Shown here one piece after another: positions 50,665 to 63,289 of a stretch of 64,000 bases of DNA (the stretch's first letter is position 1; each line of letters opens with the position of its first letter). The notes under the pieces were generated by a model, which saw only the letters and a program-made list of their open reading frames with translations, was not told the origin of the DNA and searched no databases. Both the position numbers and the translations under genes were made by a program. The stretch comes from Squalus acanthias (Eukaryota): positions 3,596,001-3,660,000 of the forward strand of contig JASTWF010000035.1 in the NCBI GenBank assembly GCA_030390025.1, in the 5' to 3' direction.

Positions 50665-51525
50665 TCTTTATTCTTTAATCAATATTGCGACCCCCCCCCC
50701 TCCTTTTTTATCCCCCTCTCTATCTCGTCTGAAAACCCTCTAACCAGGAATGTTGAGCTGCTATTACTGCCCTTCTTTCAGCAATATCTCAGTAATAGCT
50801 ATAATATCATACTCCCACGTGTCTATCTGTGCCCTCAGCTCATCTGCTTTATTCCCTAGACTCCTTGCGTTGAAGTATATATCATTTAGCACTGGCAAAC
50901 ACCCTTGTTTATTTTCTAGCCTTTGTTTCCTCTGCCTACCAAACTCGCTTACTAATTTTCTGCCTTCCATTTCCAGCTTTGCTTCTCTCCCTTCTGAATC
51001 CACTCTCAGGTTCCCATCCCCCTGCCAAGTTAGTTTAAATCCTCCCCAACAGCACTAGTAAACCCCGCCACGAGGATATTGGTTCCGGCCCTGTTGAGGT
51101 GCAATCCGTCCGGCCTGTACAGGTCCGACCTCCCCCAGAAACAGTCCCAATGCCTCAGGAATGTAAAGTCCTCCCTCCTGCACCATCTCTCCAGCCATGC
51201 ATTCATCTGCTCTATCCTCCTGTTTCTGCACTCAGTAGCACGTGGCACCGGAGAAATCTGAAGATTACTACCTTTGAGGTCCTGCTTTTTAATCTCTTTC
51301 CTAGCTCCCTAAAATCTGCCTGCAGGACCTCATCCCTGTTTCTACCTATGTCGTTGGTACCGATGTGGACCACGACCTCTGGCTGTTCACCCTCCCCCCT
51401 CAGAATGTCCTGCAGCCGTTCAATGACATCCTTAACCCTGGCACCAGGGAGGCAACATACCACCCTGGAGTCACGTCTGCGGCCACAGAAACGCCTGTCT
51501 ATTCCCCTAACTATCGAATCCCCTA
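50665..51525 (-). mobile_element. CR1 ORF1 esterase / APE start fragment
   Basis: GDSIVRG, HIGTNDIG, DGLHLN and YFNARSLGNK motifs. Confidence 0.85.
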
Positions 51526-51923
51526 ACAGTGTTCCTATGGGTGCAGTGATACGTTGGGCGCAGTAATATGTTGGGTGCAATGTATTGGTGCAGTAGGAGT
51601 GAAAACATGATTCTAACACAATATTCATTAGTAATTAATTGGTTGTGAAGAACTTTGAAACATCCTGCGGGTCTAATGAGGCACTATATAAATATAGGTT
51701 TGTTCATCTGTTCGTTCTTCCTATATTGAGAAGGCTGTTTTTAAAAAGGCATACAGGATTCTTGGCTTTAGAATTGAGGCATCAAGTTCAAAAGCAAGGA
51801 AGTTATGCTAAAACTTTATAAATCACTGGTTAGGCCCCAGCTGGAGTATTGTGTTCAATTCTGGGCACCACACTTTAGGAAGGATGTCAAGGCCTTGGTG
51901 AGGAGATTTACCAGAATGGTACC

Positions 51924-54918
51924 ACAGAGTCATAGAGTTATACAGCACAGAAAGAGGCCCTTCGGCCCATCGTGTCCGCGCCGGCCATCAAGCCCTGTCT
52001 ATTTTAATCCCATTTTCTAGCACTTGATCCGTAGCCTTGTATGCTATGGCGTTTCAAGTGCTCATCTAAATGCTTCTTGAATGTTGTGAGGGTTCCTGCC
52101 TCTAACACCTTTTCAGGCAGTGAGTTCCAGATTCCAACCACTCTCTGGGTGAAAAAGTTTTTCCTCAAATCCCCTCTAAACCTCCTGCCCCTTATCTTGA
52201 AACTATACCCCCTGGTTATTGACCCCTCCACTAAGGGGAAAAGTTCCTTTCTATCTACCCTATCTATGCCCCTCATAATTTTGTAGCCCTCAGCCTTCTC
52301 TGCTCTAAGGAAAACAACTCCAGCCTGTCCAGTCTCTCTTCATAGCTGAAGCGCTCCAGCCCAGGTAACATCCTGGTGAATCTCCTCTGCACCCTCTCCA
52401 ATGCAATCACATCCTTCCTATAGTGTGACGACCAGAACTGCACACAGTATTCCAGCTGTGGCCTAACTAGCGTTTTGTACAGCTCCATCATAACCTCCCT
52501 GCTCTTATATTCTATGCCTCGGCTAATGAAGGCAAGTATCCCATATGCCTTCTTAACCACCATATCTACCTGTGCTGGTGCCTTCAGGGATCTATGTACA
52601 TGCACACCAAGGTCCCTCTGATCCTCTGTCCTTCCTAGGGTCCTACCATTCATTGTGTATTCCCTTGCCTTGTTAGTCCTCCCAAAATGCATCACCTCAC
52701 ACTTTTCAGGGTTAAGTTCCATTTGCCACTTTTCTGCCCATCTGACCAACCCGTTCACATCGTCCTGTAGCCTGAGGCTTCCCTCCTCGCTATTTACCAC
52801 CCCACCAATTTTCGTGTCATCTGTAAACTTACTGATCATACCTCCTACATTCATATCTAAACTATTAATATACACTACAAACAGCAAAGGACCCAGCACC
52901 GATCCCTGCAGTACACCACTGGACACAGGCTTCCAGTCACAAAAACAACCTTCGACCATCACCCCTCTGCCTCCTGCCACTAAGCCAATTTTGAATCCAG
53001 TGTGCCAAGTTGCCCTAGATCCCATGGGCTTTTACCTTCTTGACCAGTCTCCCATGCGGGACTTTGTCAAAAGCCTTACTGAAGTCCATGTAGACCACAT
53101 CAACTGCACTACCCTCATCCACACACCTACTCACCCCCTCAAAAAATACAATCAAATTGGTTAGAGATGATCTCCCCCTGACAAAGCCATGCTGACTATC
53201 CTTGATTAATCCTTGCCTCTCCAAGTGGAGACTAATTCTGTCCCTCAGAATTTTTTCCAATAATTTCCCTACCACTGATGTTAGGCTCACTGGCCTGTAA
53301 TTCCCTGGTTTATCCCTACTACCCTTCTTGAATAATGGTACTACGTTAGCTGTTCTCCAGTCCTCTGGCACCTCCCCTGTGGCCAGAGAGGTTCTGAAAA
53401 TTTGTGTCAGAGCCCCTGCAATCTCCTCCCTTGCCTCACTCAGCAGCCTGGGATACATCTCGTCTGGGCCTGGGGATTTATCCACTTTTAAGCCTGCTAA
53501 AACCGCTAGTACCTCCTCTCTCTCAATACTAAATTGTTCAAGTATATCACAATCCCCCTGTCTGATTTCTATGCCTACATCGTCCTTCTCCATAATGAAC
53601 ACAGATGCAAAATATTCATTTAAAACCCCACCTACATCTTCTGGCTCTACACACAGATTGCCACTTTGGTCCCTAATGGGCCCTACTCTTTCCCTGGTTA
53701 TCCTCTTGCCCTTAATATACTTATAAAACACCTTGGGATTTTCCTTTATTTTGCCCGCCAGTGTTATTTCATGCCCCCTCTTCGCTCTCCTAATTTCTTT
53801 TTCAAGTACCCCCCTGCACTTTCTTTTCTCCTCTGGGGCTTCCACTGTTTGTAGTCCTTTGTATCTGCCAAAAGCCTCCCTTTTTTTCCTAATCCATTCT
53901 CGTATATCCCTTGACATCCAGGGTTCCCTGGGCTTGTTGGTCCCACCCTTGACCTTTACGGGAACATGTTGCCGTTGTACTCTCTCTATTTCCTTTCTGA
54001 AAGACTCCCACTGCTCTGATGTGGATTTTCCTACAAGTAGCTGATCCCAGTCCACTTTGGCCAGATCCTGCTTTATCATATTAAAATCGGCCTTCCCCCA
54101 ATTTAGAACCTTTATCTCCGGTCCATCTTTGTCCTTTTCCATGACTACCTTAAATCTCACTGAATTATGGTCACTGTCACCAAAATGCTCTCCTACTAAC
54201 ACTTCTACCACTTGCCCAGCTACATTCCGTAGAATTAGGTCCAGTACCGCCCCCTCTCTTGTTGGACTTTCTACATGCTGGCTCAAAAAGCTCTCCTGGA
54301 TGCACTTTAAGAATTCCGCACCCTCAAAGCCTTTCACACTCTGACTATCCCAGTTAATATTGGGGAAGTTGAAATCCCCTACTATTATTACCCTATTATT
54401 TCTACACTTCTCTGACATTTGCCTACATATCTGTTCCTCTATCTCCCCCTCACTGTTTGGGGGCCTTTAGTACACTCCCAGCAAAGTGCTTGCCCCCTTT
54501 TTGTTTTTAAGTTCTACCCATATGGCCTCATTAGAGGAACCTGCTAAGATATCATCCCTCCTTACAACAGTAATTGACTCCTTGATTAATATTGCGACAC
54601 CCCCTCCTCTTTTACACCCCCCTCTGTCTTGCCTGAAGATTCTATACCCCGGAATATTGAGCTGCCAGTCCTGCCCCTCCCTCAACCATGTCTCTGTGAT
54701 TGCAACAATATCATACTCCCATGTGTTCATCAACACCTTCAATTTTTCTGCCTTACTCGCAAGACTCCTTGCATTAAAATAAATGGCATCCGGCCTTGCC
54801 ATACTCCTTTGTGCCATTACATATTTGCTCTGCCTTCCAGACTGACTTGTTTTTTCCACTATATTTGGCTGTGCATCACCCCCTACTATAGCTCCACTCC
54901 GTATCCCATCCCCCTACA
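51924..54918 (-). mobile_element. CR1 with nearly complete ORF2, inserted antisense in a + strand CR1 3' fragment (51760-51923 and 54919-55100)
   Basis: ORFs 54467-54859, 53015-54418 and 52273-53025; the host reads GAATGGTACCA|GGGATAAGGGAC across the insertion. Confidence 0.88.
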
Positions 54919-55099
54919 ACCAGGGATAAGGGACTTCTGTTATGTGGAGAGACTAGAGAAGCTGGGGTCGTTTTCCATAGAGCAAAGAAGGTTAAAGGGA
55001 GATTTAATAGAGGTGTTCAAAATTATATGGGGTTTTGATAGAGTAGATAGGGAGAAACTGTTTCCACTGGTTGGAGGGTCGGTAACCAGAGAATACAGA

Positions 55100-56790
55100 T
55101 TTGAGAGGCGAAGGACCTGAGCGAAGATGAGCAAATCAACACAAGCAGAGTTTGAAAGAGTGACGTCAGAGTATAAAACCTAAAGTGACGTCGGCACAAG
55201 GGAAGGAGCTGATTGGTGAGTAGCTAGTGAGTGTTTTTTTTTAAGTTTTAAGTTTATTTCTGCTAAGTTAGTTCATAGTCTATTAAATTGAGGCATGGCA
55301 GGGCACCTCAGTCCCATGGAATGTACATCCTGTGTCATGTGGGAAATCCAGGACGCTTTCCGTGACCTGGACAACCACATGTGCAGGATGTCATGGTAGA
55401 AGACACTAAAAGCATCCCAATAATAGTGGAAAATCAAGGGGCAAAAGGGAGGGAGGAACTTAAAACAATCACTATCACTAGAGAAAAAGTACTAGGCAAA
55501 CTAATGGGACTAAAGGCTGACAAGTCCCCTTGACCTGATGGCCTGTATCCTAGGGTCTTAAAAGAAGTGGCTCCAGAGATAGTGGATGCATTGGTTGTAA
55601 TCTTCCAAAATTCCCTAGACTCTGGAAAGGTCCCAGCGGATTGGAAAACCGCAAATGTAATGCCCATATTCAAGAAAGGAGGGAGACAGAAAGCAGGAAA
55701 CTATAGGCCAGTTAGCCTAACATCTGTCATTCGGAAAATGCTGGAATCCATTATTAAGGAAGTAGTAGCAGGACATTTAGAAAATCAAAATACAATCAAG
55801 CAGAGTCAACATGGTTTTATGAAAGGGAAATCGTGTTTGACAAGTTTATTAGTGTTCTTTGAGGATGTAACGAGCAGGGTGGATAAAGGGGAACCAGTGG
55901 ATGTAGTGTATTTGGATTTCCCCAAAGCATTTGATAACGTGCCACATAAAAGGTTACTGCACAAGATAAGAGCTCATGGTGTTGGGGGTAATATATTAGC
56001 ATGAATTGGCTAACTAACAGAAAATAAAGAGTTGGGATAAATGGGTCATTTTCAGGTTGGCAAACTGTAACTAGTGGGGTGCCACAGGGATCAGTGCTGG
56101 GGCCTCAACTATTTACAATCTGTATTAATGACTTGGATGAAGGGACCGAGTGTACGGTAGCCAAATTTGCTGACAATACAAAGATAGGTGGGAAAGCAAG
56201 TTGTGAGGAGGACACAAAGAGTCTGCAAAGGGATATAGATAGGTTAAGTGAGTGGGCAAAAATTTGGCAGATGGAAAATGTGAGGTTATCCACTTTGGTA
56301 GGAAGAATAGAAAAGCAAAATATTATTTAAATGGAGAGAGACTACAGAATGCTGCGGTACAGAGGGATCTGGGTGTCCTCGTACATGAAACACAAAAAGT
56401 TAGCATGCAGGTACGGCAAGTAATTAGGAAGGCATATTGCAAGGGGGATGGAGTATAAAAGTAGGGAAGTCTTGCTACAACTGTACAGGACGTTGGTGAG
56501 ACCATACCTGGAGTACTGCGTACAGTTTTGGTCTCCTTATTTGAGGAGAGATATACTTGCATTGGAGGCAGTTCAGAGAAGGTTCACTAGGTTGTTTCCT
56601 GGGATGAAGGGGTTGTCTTATGAGGAAAGGTTGAGCAGGTTGGGCCTATACTCATTGAAGTTTAGAAGAATAAGAGGTGATCTTATTGAAACATATAAGA
56701 TGCTGAGGGGGCTTGACAGGGTAGATACTGAGAGGATGTTTCCCCTCGTGGGGGAATCTAGAACTAGGGGGCATAGTTTCAGAATAAAGG
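55100..56790 (+). mobile_element. CR1 5' UTR/ORF1 start fused to an RT fragment
   Basis: MAGHLSPMECTSCVMWE ORF1-like start near 55294; RT motifs at 55400-56790. Confidence 0.8.
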
Positions 56791-59433
56791 GTAGTGAGAG
56801 GAGGGGTAGGGCCCAAAAAGGAGACCTACGCATGGAGGCAGAGGGCATGGCTGCGGTACTAAATGAGTACTTTGCATCTGTCTGTACCAAGGAAGAAGAT
56901 GTTGCCAAAGTCATAGGGAAAGAAGAGGTAGTTGAGATATTGAATGGGATAAAAATTGATAGAGGTACTAGAAAGTCTGGCTGTACTTAAAGTAGATAAG
57001 TCACCAGGACGGGATGGGGTGCCTCCTAGAATGCTGAGGGAAGTAAAGGTGGAAATTGCAGAGGTACTGGCCATAATCTTCCAATCCTCCTTGGATACGG
57101 GCGTGGTGCCAGAGGACTGGAGAATTGCAAATGTTACACCCTTGTTCAAAAAAGGGTGCAAGGATAAACCCAGCAACTACAGGCCAGTCAGCTTAACCTC
57201 GGTGGTGGGGAAGCTTTTAGAAACAATAATCAGGGACAAAATTAACAGTCACTTGGACAATATGGATTAATTAAGGGAAGCCAGCACGGATTTGTTAAAG
57301 GCAAATCGTGTTTATCTAACTTGATTGAATTTTTTGATGAGGTAACAGAGAGGGTTTATGAGGGCAATGCAGTTGATGTGGTGTACATGGACTTCCAAAA
57401 GGTGTTTCATAAAGTGCCATATAATAGGCTTGTCAGCAAAGTTGAAGCCCATGGAATAAAAGGGACAGTGGCAGCATGGATTCGAAATTGGCTAAGTGAC
57501 AGGAAACAGAATGTAGTGGTGAACGGTTGTTTTTCGGACTGGAGGAAGGTATACAGTGGTGTTCCCCAGGGGTCGGTACTAGGACCACTGCTTTTCTTGA
57601 TATATATTAATGATTTGGACTTAGGTATACAGGGCTATTTTCAAAATCTGCAGATGACACAAAACTTGGAAGTACAGTGAACAGTGAGGAGGATAGGGAT
57701 AGACTTCAAGAGGGCATAGACAGGCTGGTGGAATGGGCGGACACGTGGCAGATAAAATTTAACGCAGAAAAGTGCAAAGTGATACATTTTGGTAGGAAAA
57801 ACGAGGAGAGGCAATATAAACTGAAGGGTACAATTCTAAATGGGGTGCAGGAACAGAGAGACCTGGGGGTATATGTGCACAAATTGTTGAAGGTGGCAGG
57901 ACAGGTTGAGATAGCAGTTAAAAAAGCATACGGGATCCTGGGCTTTATAAATAGAGGCATAGGGCTGGATTTTGAATGACCCGTGGAGTCGGGTTTGGAG
58001 GTTAAAGTAGCAGATTCGGGGGTCCCGACCCCATCCCGACTCCAACACGCCTCCACGCAATTTTGACAAAATCGGTTGCGGGGTTCCCGACTCCGTCCCG
58101 CCTCCAAGAGGCGGGAGAGGCCATTAACACCCTTAACAATCCCTAAAGTGGCTCAGTAATGCCATTTTGAAGCATTTTAGGTAGTTTAACCCTTTTCCCA
58201 CGTGAAGCACGCCTGATGGGAAACACTCCAGTGAAACCTGGCAGGAGCACAAGTGGATTGCTGACTCTCAGCTGCAGCTCAACCTTTAAATAGGAGATTT
58301 GATCAGCCATCAATTGCAGGTGGCAGGACTTTGTTGTCACAGGTCTGGGGGAACTTTTAGAAGGCATAACCACAGCTCTGGAAGTTTGGAGCCTGACACC
58401 CATCTGCAGTGTGACCTCCTGGGAAACCCCTCTCGCCACCCTCATTGAGGGCTTCCTCAACTGAGACATATACCAGAGGCATGGGAGCCATTTATTTCCT
58501 TCCCTCCTGGATATCCGATGAGGAGGAACAGCAGTCGCGGCACCAGCAGAACCATGAACAACAGCACCACCAACAGCAGCAGCAACAGCAGGAGCGCCAA
58601 GCTGCTGCTCACCCACCTGAAGCTGCACAGGACAGAAGGGGCCAGCGCATGGAAGCCCGTCGGCGCAGGCGATACCCCCCAAACAGGGTCTCCAGACAGA
58701 GGGTCAGCTACCTCAACATGTCTGAGCAGCAGTGCCAAAGGCGGCTCCGACTTTCGCGAGAGGTAGTGGGTGACATCTGCGCAATGCTGCAACAAGACCT
58801 GGAGCCCAGAGGACCAGGTGGACGCCCCTTACCAGTGGCCGTCAAAGTCACCACCGCACTCAACTTTTTTGCCTCAGGCTCATTCCAGGGATCAGCAGCA
58901 GACATCTGCGGCATCTCCCAGGCGGCCACACACACCTGCATCACGCAGGTAACCGATGCCCTCTTTGCCATCGCGCACAATCACATCCATTTCACCAAGG
59001 ATCGAGCAAGTGTTACGGCGCGTGCGGTTGGATTAGCTAATCTGGCAGGCTTTCCAAGGGTGCAGGGCGTCATTGACTGCACACATGTGGCCCTTAAGGC
59101 ACCCCATCGCAATCCAGGTATTTTTGTCAACCGCAAGGGCTTCCACTCCCTCAACGTTCAGCTGGTGTGTGACCACAACAAGGAAGTTCTGCATGTTTGT
59201 GCCAAGTACCCTGGCAGTTGCCATGACTCCTTCATACTGCGCCAGTCTAGTGTGCCTCCGCTATTCAGTCCGCCAGACCAACTTCACGGATGGCTACTTG
59301 GAGACAAGGGCTATCCCCTGAAGACGTGGCTAATGACGCCATTGAGGAGCCCATCCAACGCAGCTGAGGAGAGCTACAACTCCAGCCACATTTCCACCAG
59401 AGCCATAATCGAACAAACCATCGGTATGCTGAA

Positions 59434-59964
59434 GAAATAACAACAGAAAACGCTGGAAAAACTCAGCAGGCCAGGCAGCATCCGTGGAGAGAGAAAGAGA
59501 GTTAACGTTTCAGGTCGATGACCTTTCATCAGAACTGGGAAGAGCCGGAAATCAAATAGATTTAAGGCCAGGGTAAAGCTGGGAAAAGGGGGAGGGGATA
59601 AAGGAACAAAGGGGGAGATGTAGAGACATTAAGAGACATTAAGAGATATGCAAGGCTAGAGGTGGTGTTAATGTGACAGATTAAGGCTGAATGAAGTGTG
59701 AAATCCACTGGCAGAATGAAGGACAGCTGCCAGCTTCTAGGAGGAAAAAAAAGGTGGGGGGGGGACAAATAAAAGGGTGGATAAAATAAAATATAAATGT
59801 GATTGGAGCTGAGGTTATGATCTAAAATTGTTGAACTCGATATTGAGTCCAGAGGGCTGTAGCGTGCCTAAACGAAAGATGAGGTGCTGTTCCTCGAGCT
59901 TACGCTGAGCTTCCGTGGAACAGTGTAATAGGCCGAGGACGGTGAGGTCAGAGTGGGAGTGAAG
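59434..59964 (-). mobile_element. 5'-truncated Penelope-like retroelement (GIY-YIG C-terminus and 3' region)
   Basis: Minus strand 59964-59815 translates as LHSHSDLTVLGLLHCSTEAQRKLEEQHLIFRLGTLQPSGLNIEFNNFRS*; 12-bp direct repeat CGGTATGCTGAA at 59422-59433 and 59965-59976. Confidence 0.85.
59500..59536 (-). ncRNA. Minimal type I hammerhead ribozyme motif
   Basis: Minus strand reads AGUU-CUGAUGA-A-AGGUC-AUC-GACCU-GAA-ACGU-U-AACU: conserved core, 5-bp stem II, palindromic stem III (ACGU) and 4-bp stem I. Confidence 0.8.
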
Positions 59965-60522
59965 CGGTATGCTGAAAATGCGCTTCAGATGCCTGGATAG
60001 ATCAGGTGGAGCCCTGCAATACTCAGCAGCCAGGGTCTCCGGAATTGTCGTGGTTTGCTGTGCACTTCACAACATGGCACAGCGTCGTGGCTTACAGATG
60101 CCGGAGGACCAAGTAGCTCCTCACATAGCCTCCTCGGATGAGGAGGAGGAGGAGGAGAGAGAGAACGAACAACTTGCAGAGGCCCCTCAACCAGCGGCAG
60201 CATTACATGAGACCATAGCTGCCCGGAATGCAAGGAACGCACTCATCTTGGCCAGATTTGCTTAGCCTAGACAAGAAAGCACTTTTGCCTCGCAGCTTCT
60301 TGCCAGAGCTACGAAAATGGCCCAGACCCAGCGGATCCCTAACAATGTGACCACCATACTGACAATTGCAAGTTATCCTAAGGCCTCATTGTGGAAGTCC
60401 CATTAGTGAAATGACAGACGCCACAACTGCAGCTGTAGCCATCAGAGTTTTTATTTAAACTGTACACCTGATGGCTTTTTCACAATACACATCAAAATTC
60501 GTCCAAGTGACTACCCTTGTGA

Positions 60523-62438
60523 CTATTTGTGCAGTTTCTTTCTCTTACGCATGCTCCTACGTGGTGCTTCCCCTGTGGCTTCAGCAGAAGTGGAGGCCCC
60601 CTGCTCACTTTGTTGCTGCTCCTGTCTCGACTCCTTTGGCGGGCATCCTCTGGGGTTGCGAACCTGAGAGGGCTCGGCAACAGTCTGCTGCTCCTGCGGC
60701 TGGGCAGGGGTTGAGACGCCGATCTCACTTGGGTGCGGACTCTGGTGGGGCTCTGAGCGAGGACCTGTCAGTGGCATGGAAGTGTGAGCGCTTGGAGAGG
60801 AGCCCCCACCTCCTTGTTGTGTGCCACCAACATCCCTCTCATGGGTCAGGTCCACCTCAGCGCTTGCAAGTGGCTTGAGAGCACCTTGCTGCACATCAGG
60901 GGGGCCATGGGGACCCGTATCTGCACTGGAAGTCCTACTCAGAAGGACTTCCATGAAGGTCTGGTTTCTCTGTTCAGTAGATGACCATCGCTCCTCCAGA
61001 GATGTCATTCTATTCAGAACACTCACCATGTTTTCTGCACTCTGGCGACTTATCACCTCCATGGAGGTTGCCATCCTTTCCATGGTGATGCGTTCATGCG
61101 CCAATAACTCCACAAAGGCTCTGCTCATGTTCGCTATGGACTCCTCCATTCGCTCCACACTCGCAGCGACCCTGGAGACAAAACCTGTCAGAGACTCCTG
61201 CATCTGTTCCTGGAGTCCCAGCACCGCTGATCTTATGGATGGACCCAGAGGCAGAGTGTCGACATGCAGCTGAGCCGAGCTAGGAGAGTCCTGCGCCCTC
61301 CGACTAGGACTCTCCACTGCTGTCCCTGTCTCCACCATCTGCTGATGCTCACTTGTGAGCTGTGATACGCCAGGTGACAACACTACTCTATGTCCTGAGG
61401 GTCCCACCAAGGTGTGAGTGTCTGCGCTCTTGCTGGGTGCGCTGAGTTCTGCTGACGCTGCGCCCTCAGAGGTTGCAGCTTCCTCTGAGGAGTCTGTCTG
61501 CTCAGGCTGTTCCTCCTGGCTAGTGGGGACGGGTGCTTGCGATGGTCCTGTGGGGGAGTAAAGGAAAGAGTCAGAGATGTGATGCCAAGGTTACATGCAT
61601 ATTGCATATTGCAGATGATCATAAATCCATCTGTTAGAGCTTCAGATTCATTATCAGCAACTCATGCAATGTCAATGAGAGAGATGGAACACTATTCAGT
61701 GACCAGCTTGCTCTGATGCACCCGTCTGCCCGTCCCCCACTTGCGTTTCCTCCTCTACGCCCACGATCTCCGGGACCGCATCCTCCCAGGGGGTGAGCTT
61801 GGCTAATGAGGGTGGCCCTCCTCCTGTCCTGGCTCTTTCCCTTTTATTGTGAGCTCTCTTTTCCTGCAATGAGGGAGACAAGTGGAGTTTGAGTGAGATT
61901 GAAGGAGTGAGTGTAGAGATTCCATAGCATAGATGCTTAGAAGGAGACAAAGATGGATTGAAGTGGCGAGACTTAGGGCCCTCCCTGTGTGTTTTAAGTT
62001 GTTTTCAAAGCATGACAGTGATAGGGAGTGTGAGGGCTGCATAGTGGAATAGTAAGGTGAATGTGACCAGAGAGGGAATGGGTAAGGGTGCATGGATGTC
62101 AGTGTCAAGTGGGATATGGAGGAAGAGGTTGCTAAAGCTGAGTGCTGGTGAGGAGAGGCAATGGGGATCAGATTGAGGGTGAAGGGAAAGTCATACTCAC
62201 TTTAGCAGTACGTAGAAGGTCATGAAACCTCTTCCTGCACTGGATCCAGGTTCTGCATGTGAATGATAGAGGTGACCTCCTGGGCGATCTGGACCCACAC
62301 AGATTTTGTCTGCTGGGGAGGCTTCTTCCTCCCTGAGGAGGGGAAGAGCACCTCCCTGTTGGCTCTTGCTCCATCCACCAAAGCCTGAAGGGCAACGTCA
62401 TGGAACCTGGGAGCAGCCCTGGGCCGTTGGTGGGCCAT
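60523..62438 (-). pseudogene. Harbinger Myb/SANT-like DNA-binding protein gene, three exons (62438-62201, 61863-61704, 61547-60523), one frameshift near 62265
   Basis: RAAPRFHDVALQALV..WVQIAQEV..RTWIQCRKRFHDL|EKRAHNKRERARTGGGPP; GT-AG introns with matching phases (0 and 1); basic C-terminus RKRKK; AATAAA at 60455-60450. Confidence 0.85.
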
Positions 62439-63289
62439 TCCTGCTGCAGGTTTTTAGATTAGAGGTCCAAAAGCTTGGCAGTCTGCAGAGGAAGCAAGGC
62501 TTGTTGCAGACCTTAAATGCAGCAGCAATGATGACGTCATCGGAGGCGACTTTCAGACTGGAATAACTTATTGGCCATGGGGTCCCACATGTTGGAACTC
62601 AATTGGCCAATTAAGTTAAAATCGCATCATTCATCCACATTAATCTGGAGTCGGGGGGGCAACACGAAATGCGGGTAAGACGACCCCAACCCGACCCCAA
62701 GACAAAATCCAGCCCATAGAGTACAAAAGCAAGGAAGTTATGATGAATCTTTATAAAACACTGGTTTGGCCACAACTGGAGTATTGTGTCCAATTCTGGG
62801 CAGCACACTTTAGGAAGCATGTGAAGGCCTTAGAGAGAGTGCAGAAAATGGTTCCAGGGATGAGGGACTTCAGTTACGTGGTTAGACTGGAGAGGCTGGG
62901 ATTGTTCTCCTTAGAGCAGAGACGACTGAGAGGAGATTTGATCGAGGTATTCAAAATCATGAGGGGTCTAGACAGAGTAGATAGAGATAAACTGTTCCCA
63001 TTGGCGGAAGGGTCGAGAACCAGAGGACACAGATTTAAGGTGATTGGCAGGAGAACCAAAGGCGACATGAGGAAAAACATTTTTATGCAGCGAGTGGTTA
63101 TGATCTGGAATGCACTGCCTGAAAGGGTGGTGGAGGCAGGTTCAATCGTGGCTTTCAAAATGGAATTGGATAAGTACCTGAAGGAAAAAAATTTGCTGGG
63201 CTACGGAGAAAGTGCGGGGGTGTGGGACTAGCTGAAGTGCTCTTTCAGAGAGCCGGCATGGGCTCAAGCCAAAAAAATCCAGGGGGAAA

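Larger units (their letters stand above)
58481..60265 (+). pseudogene. Harbinger (HARBI1-like) DDE transposase, interrupted at 59434-59976
   Basis: Motifs [41 protein letters not shown] and [19 protein letters not shown]. Removing the insertion plus one TSD gives a stop-free ORF of 413 aa. Confidence 0.92.
57962..62715 (+). mobile_element. Full-length Harbinger/PIF DNA transposon (about 4.75 kb including the nested insertion)
   Basis: Perfect 13-bp TIRs GGGCTGGATTTTG (57962-57974, 62703-62715); 3-bp TSD ATA (57959-57961, 62716-62718); convergent transposase and Myb/SANT genes. Confidence 0.95.
56791..63270 (+). mobile_element. CR1 RT/3' end split by the Harbinger transposon (56791-57961 and 62716-63270)
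   Basis: GILGFINRGI|EYKSKEVMMNLYKTLV is restored when 57962-62718 is removed. Confidence 0.9.

Noticed and set aside
58481..60265. Domesticated host HARBI1 gene
   Set aside because: It is flanked by TIRs and a TSD, inserted inside a CR1, paired with a Myb gene and disrupted, so it is a transposon copy.
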